Source: an uncultured virus (IMG/VR IMGVR_UViG_3300031227_008032)
Taxonomy: Duplodnaviria > Heunggongvirae > Uroviricota > Caudoviricetes
Strand: one strand, 5' to 3'
IMG/VR virus record: IMGVR_UViG_3300031227_008032
DNA length: 20,000 nt
The notes below the pieces were generated by a model, which saw only the letters and a list, made by a program, of their open reading frames with translations, was not told the origin of the DNA and searched no databases. Shown piece after piece: positions 17,909-20,000 of the stretch. The stretch's first letter is position 1. Every line of letters begins with the position of its first letter. The translations under genes and the position numbers were made by a program.

Positions 17909-19491
17909 TAGTTATACCATGTGCTGGATTAGGAACACGCCTAAGAGATATACTAGGCAGTATACCTAAACCACTGGCTTGTATAAGTGGAAAAGCAACG
18001 CTTACAAGAATTATAGAACTATACCCAAAAGACACCAAGTTTATTATACTTGTAGGATATAAAGAAAACGATATAAGAACCTATCTTGAACTAGCTCATG
18101 GCAATAGTGACATTACATGTATATCTGTAATAGACTACCAAGGACCAACAGCAGGGCCACTTATGTCTATCTCATGCGCAGAAAGACTACTACAACAGCC
18201 TTTTATCTTTCACGCAGGAGATACACTTCCTATTGGATATAATCCAGAAAATCTAAAAGGAAACTCTATACTTGTAGGACCAACCACAAATAGTATACAA
18301 TATGCCAAAGACATTATAGAAGATAACAAAGTAACACATATACTAAACAAAGGAAACACAGAAACAGCAAAAACTCATTTAGGTATAGTAAGAATAGAAG
18401 ATACAAACGTATTCTGGGTATGTACGCACGCTCTACTTGCTCTAAAAGAATCGGATATGTCTGATGTACATATCATAAATAAAATGCTGGAAACAAACAA
18501 AGACATATACTTTAACGCAGAAGAAGTAGAAGATTGGATAGACGCAGGTAGTCAAGAAGGACTTATAAAGAGATGTAAACTATATAACTCTGGAGATCAA
18601 AATCTACCAAAGAAAGACCAAGCAGCATATGTGTTGGATGATATAGTAATAAAGTATCATAAATCAACAGAAGTAATATCAAAAATGAAGATAAGAGCAG
18701 ATGCTCTAAAAGATACTGTTCCACATATAATATTATCACAAAATTCTTGGTTAGCCTATACAAAAGCACAAGGCAGACTAATGAGAGAGGTAGTAACACC
18801 AAACCTCACAAAGAAATTTTTACAATGGTGTGATAATAAATTATGGAAACCAGTAAATGTTGATATCTCAGATCTCTGTGATACCTTCTACAAACAAAAA
18901 ACATTAAAAAGAATAGAAGCATTTAGAAACAAAACAGGAATACTGGACTGCGGTTGTCGTATAAATGAAGTTAATATACCAACAACAGATGAAATGCTTA
19001 ATATATTAGATTGGAATTTGGTATGTAATGGAGTACCAACTAATTTATTTCATGGAGACTTACATTTCAGCAATATTATAGTAGATACAAATAACAACTT
19101 CACTCTAATTGATTGGAGAGATGACTTTGGAAACAACACAGATATTGGAGATATCTATTATGACCTAGCAAAACTTCATGCAGGTATGTTACTTTCTCTT
19201 GATAAAATAATAGATGGAAAATATACTATAATTCTAAATGGAACACAGGAACCAGAACGAGCAGATGTAACTATTTCATTAGATAGAAACACAAATGCCT
19301 TTAAGTCAATAGATGAATTAAAAGCCTATATCAATACAAAAGGGTATAGTTGGTGGAAAGTAGAGGCACTAACAGCGCTTATTTATTTAAACATGTCTCC
19401 ACTACATCATTATCCACTAAATCTATTACTATACTACTATGGTAATTATATGCTAAATAATTGTATACAAACTAAAGAAGGAAAAGAATAG
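17902..19491 (+). CDS. Bifunctional sugar nucleotidyltransferase / APH-choline-kinase-like phosphotransferase
   Basis: 529 aa. N-terminal IPCAGLGTRL....PKPL and W.DAG; C-terminal HGDLHFSNI, LIDWR and YYDLAKL. Confidence 0.85.
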   Translation: MLVVIPCAGLGTRLRDILGSIPKPLACISGKATLTRIIELYPKDTKFIILVGYKENDIRTYLELAHGNSDITCISVIDYQGPTAGPLMSISCAERLLQQPFIFHAGDTLPIGYNPENLKGNSILVGPTTNSIQYAKDIIEDNKVTHILNKGNTETAKTHLGIVRIEDTNVFWVCTHALLALKESDMSDVHIINKMLETNKDIYFNAEEVEDWIDAGSQEGLIKRCKLYNSGDQNLPKKDQAAYVLDDIVIKYHKSTEVISKMKIRADALKDTVPHIILSQNSWLAYTKAQGRLMREVVTPNLTKKFLQWCDNKLWKPVNVDISDLCDTFYKQKTLKRIEAFRNKTGILDCGCRINEVNIPTTDEMLNILDWNLVCNGVPTNLFHGDLHFSNIIVDTNNNFTLIDWRDDFGNNTDIGDIYYDLAKLHAGMLLSLDKIIDGKYTIILNGTQEPERADVTISLDRNTNAFKSIDELKAYINTKGYSWWKVEALTALIYLNMSPLHHYPLNLLLYYYGNYMLNNCIQTKEGKE

Positions 19492-19648
19492 AAAATGTTT
19501 ACAAATAATCTACAATGATAAGACAACAAACTAAAAAAACTTAATAAATACTAAAGAACAAAAACAAACTAATTTAATCAAAAGTATAGAAGCAGCAGTA
19601 GCATTAATAAATAGTAAAACAACAATATTCTAAGAATGGAAAAACAAA

Positions 19649-20000
19649 ATGACAAACATAACACCTATAAGAAATAACCCCCAAGGAATACGCAGAAAGC
19701 AAGGTGGACTTCTTCATGAAGAAGAACATGCTTTACTTCCTTATATTACAACCACACAAACAGGCGGAGGAGGTACTTGTGTAAATCAACGACTCGTATT
19801 GTATTCCCTTGCCAATATATTACAAGCAAAAACTGTAATAGAAATAGGATGTGCTTATGGAGATACAACATTAGCTTTATGTGCTGCTGTTAGCGGATAT
19901 GGTGGCTTTATTCATGGATTTGATATATGGCCCAGCGAAGATGATTACTATAATCAAACAGCAGTAAGTGAAAGAATAACAGCAAAAGGCTATGATAATG
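19649..20000 (+). CDS. Class I SAM-dependent (O-)methyltransferase, truncated by window end
   Basis: ATG at 19649, open to the edge: MTNITPIRNN...LYSLANILQAKTVIEIGCAYGDTTLALCAAV...IHGFDIW. Shows motif I EIG...G and the acidic end of strand beta2. Not in the ORF track. Confidence 0.8.
   Translation, partial: MTNITPIRNNPQGIRRKQGGLLHEEEHALLPYITTTQTGGGGTCVNQRLVLYSLANILQAKTVIEIGCAYGDTTLALCAAVSGYGGFIHGFDIWPSEDDYYNQTAVSERITAKGYDN

Noticed and set aside
1121..18802. Many short minus-strand ORFs (60-166 aa) and the alternate-frame + ORF 5174..5515
   Set aside because: All lie over well-supported + strand genes and carry no recognisable motifs. The Leu/Phe/Ser-rich minus-strand products are expected shadows of A-rich codon usage.
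1..20000. tRNA, rRNA, CRISPR array, IS element, intrinsic terminator or alternative genetic code
   Set aside because: Gaps are too short and show no such structures. The ORFs are full length under the standard code, with TAA and TAG acting as stops.

Overview
AT-rich, strongly A-skewed window with 20 closely packed + strand genes (18 complete, 2 truncated at the edges) forming one glycan/nucleotide-sugar biosynthesis and modification cluster. In order: SPASM-type radical SAM tail, exostosin-like GT47, ColD-type PLP C3-dehydratase, HddA-type heptose-phosphate kinase, sugar C-methyltransferase-like protein, class I/II aminotransferase, YerE-like ThDP enzyme, CgeB-like GT, atypical Fcl/ColC-like SDR, B12-radical SAM, RmlC-like epimerase, a second CgeB-like GT, two GT2-like proteins, two tandem paralogues of unknown function, HxlB-like SIS isomerase, small HAD phosphatase, RPE-family epimerase, nucleotidyltransferase-kinase fusion and an O-methyltransferase. 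I see no flippase, polymerase, exporter or clear membrane protein, and no RNA gene, CRISPR array or mobile-element gene. Main points of interest: (i) a possible pathway to a C4-branched 3,6-dideoxy sugar, perhaps a heptose; (ii) a possible rare-ketose activation module next to two unassigned paralogues that may be new transferases; (iii) a fragment of a third paralogue stranded in an intergenic gap, carrying a near-consensus sigma70 promoter. All calls come from motif recognition by eye; no searches were run.
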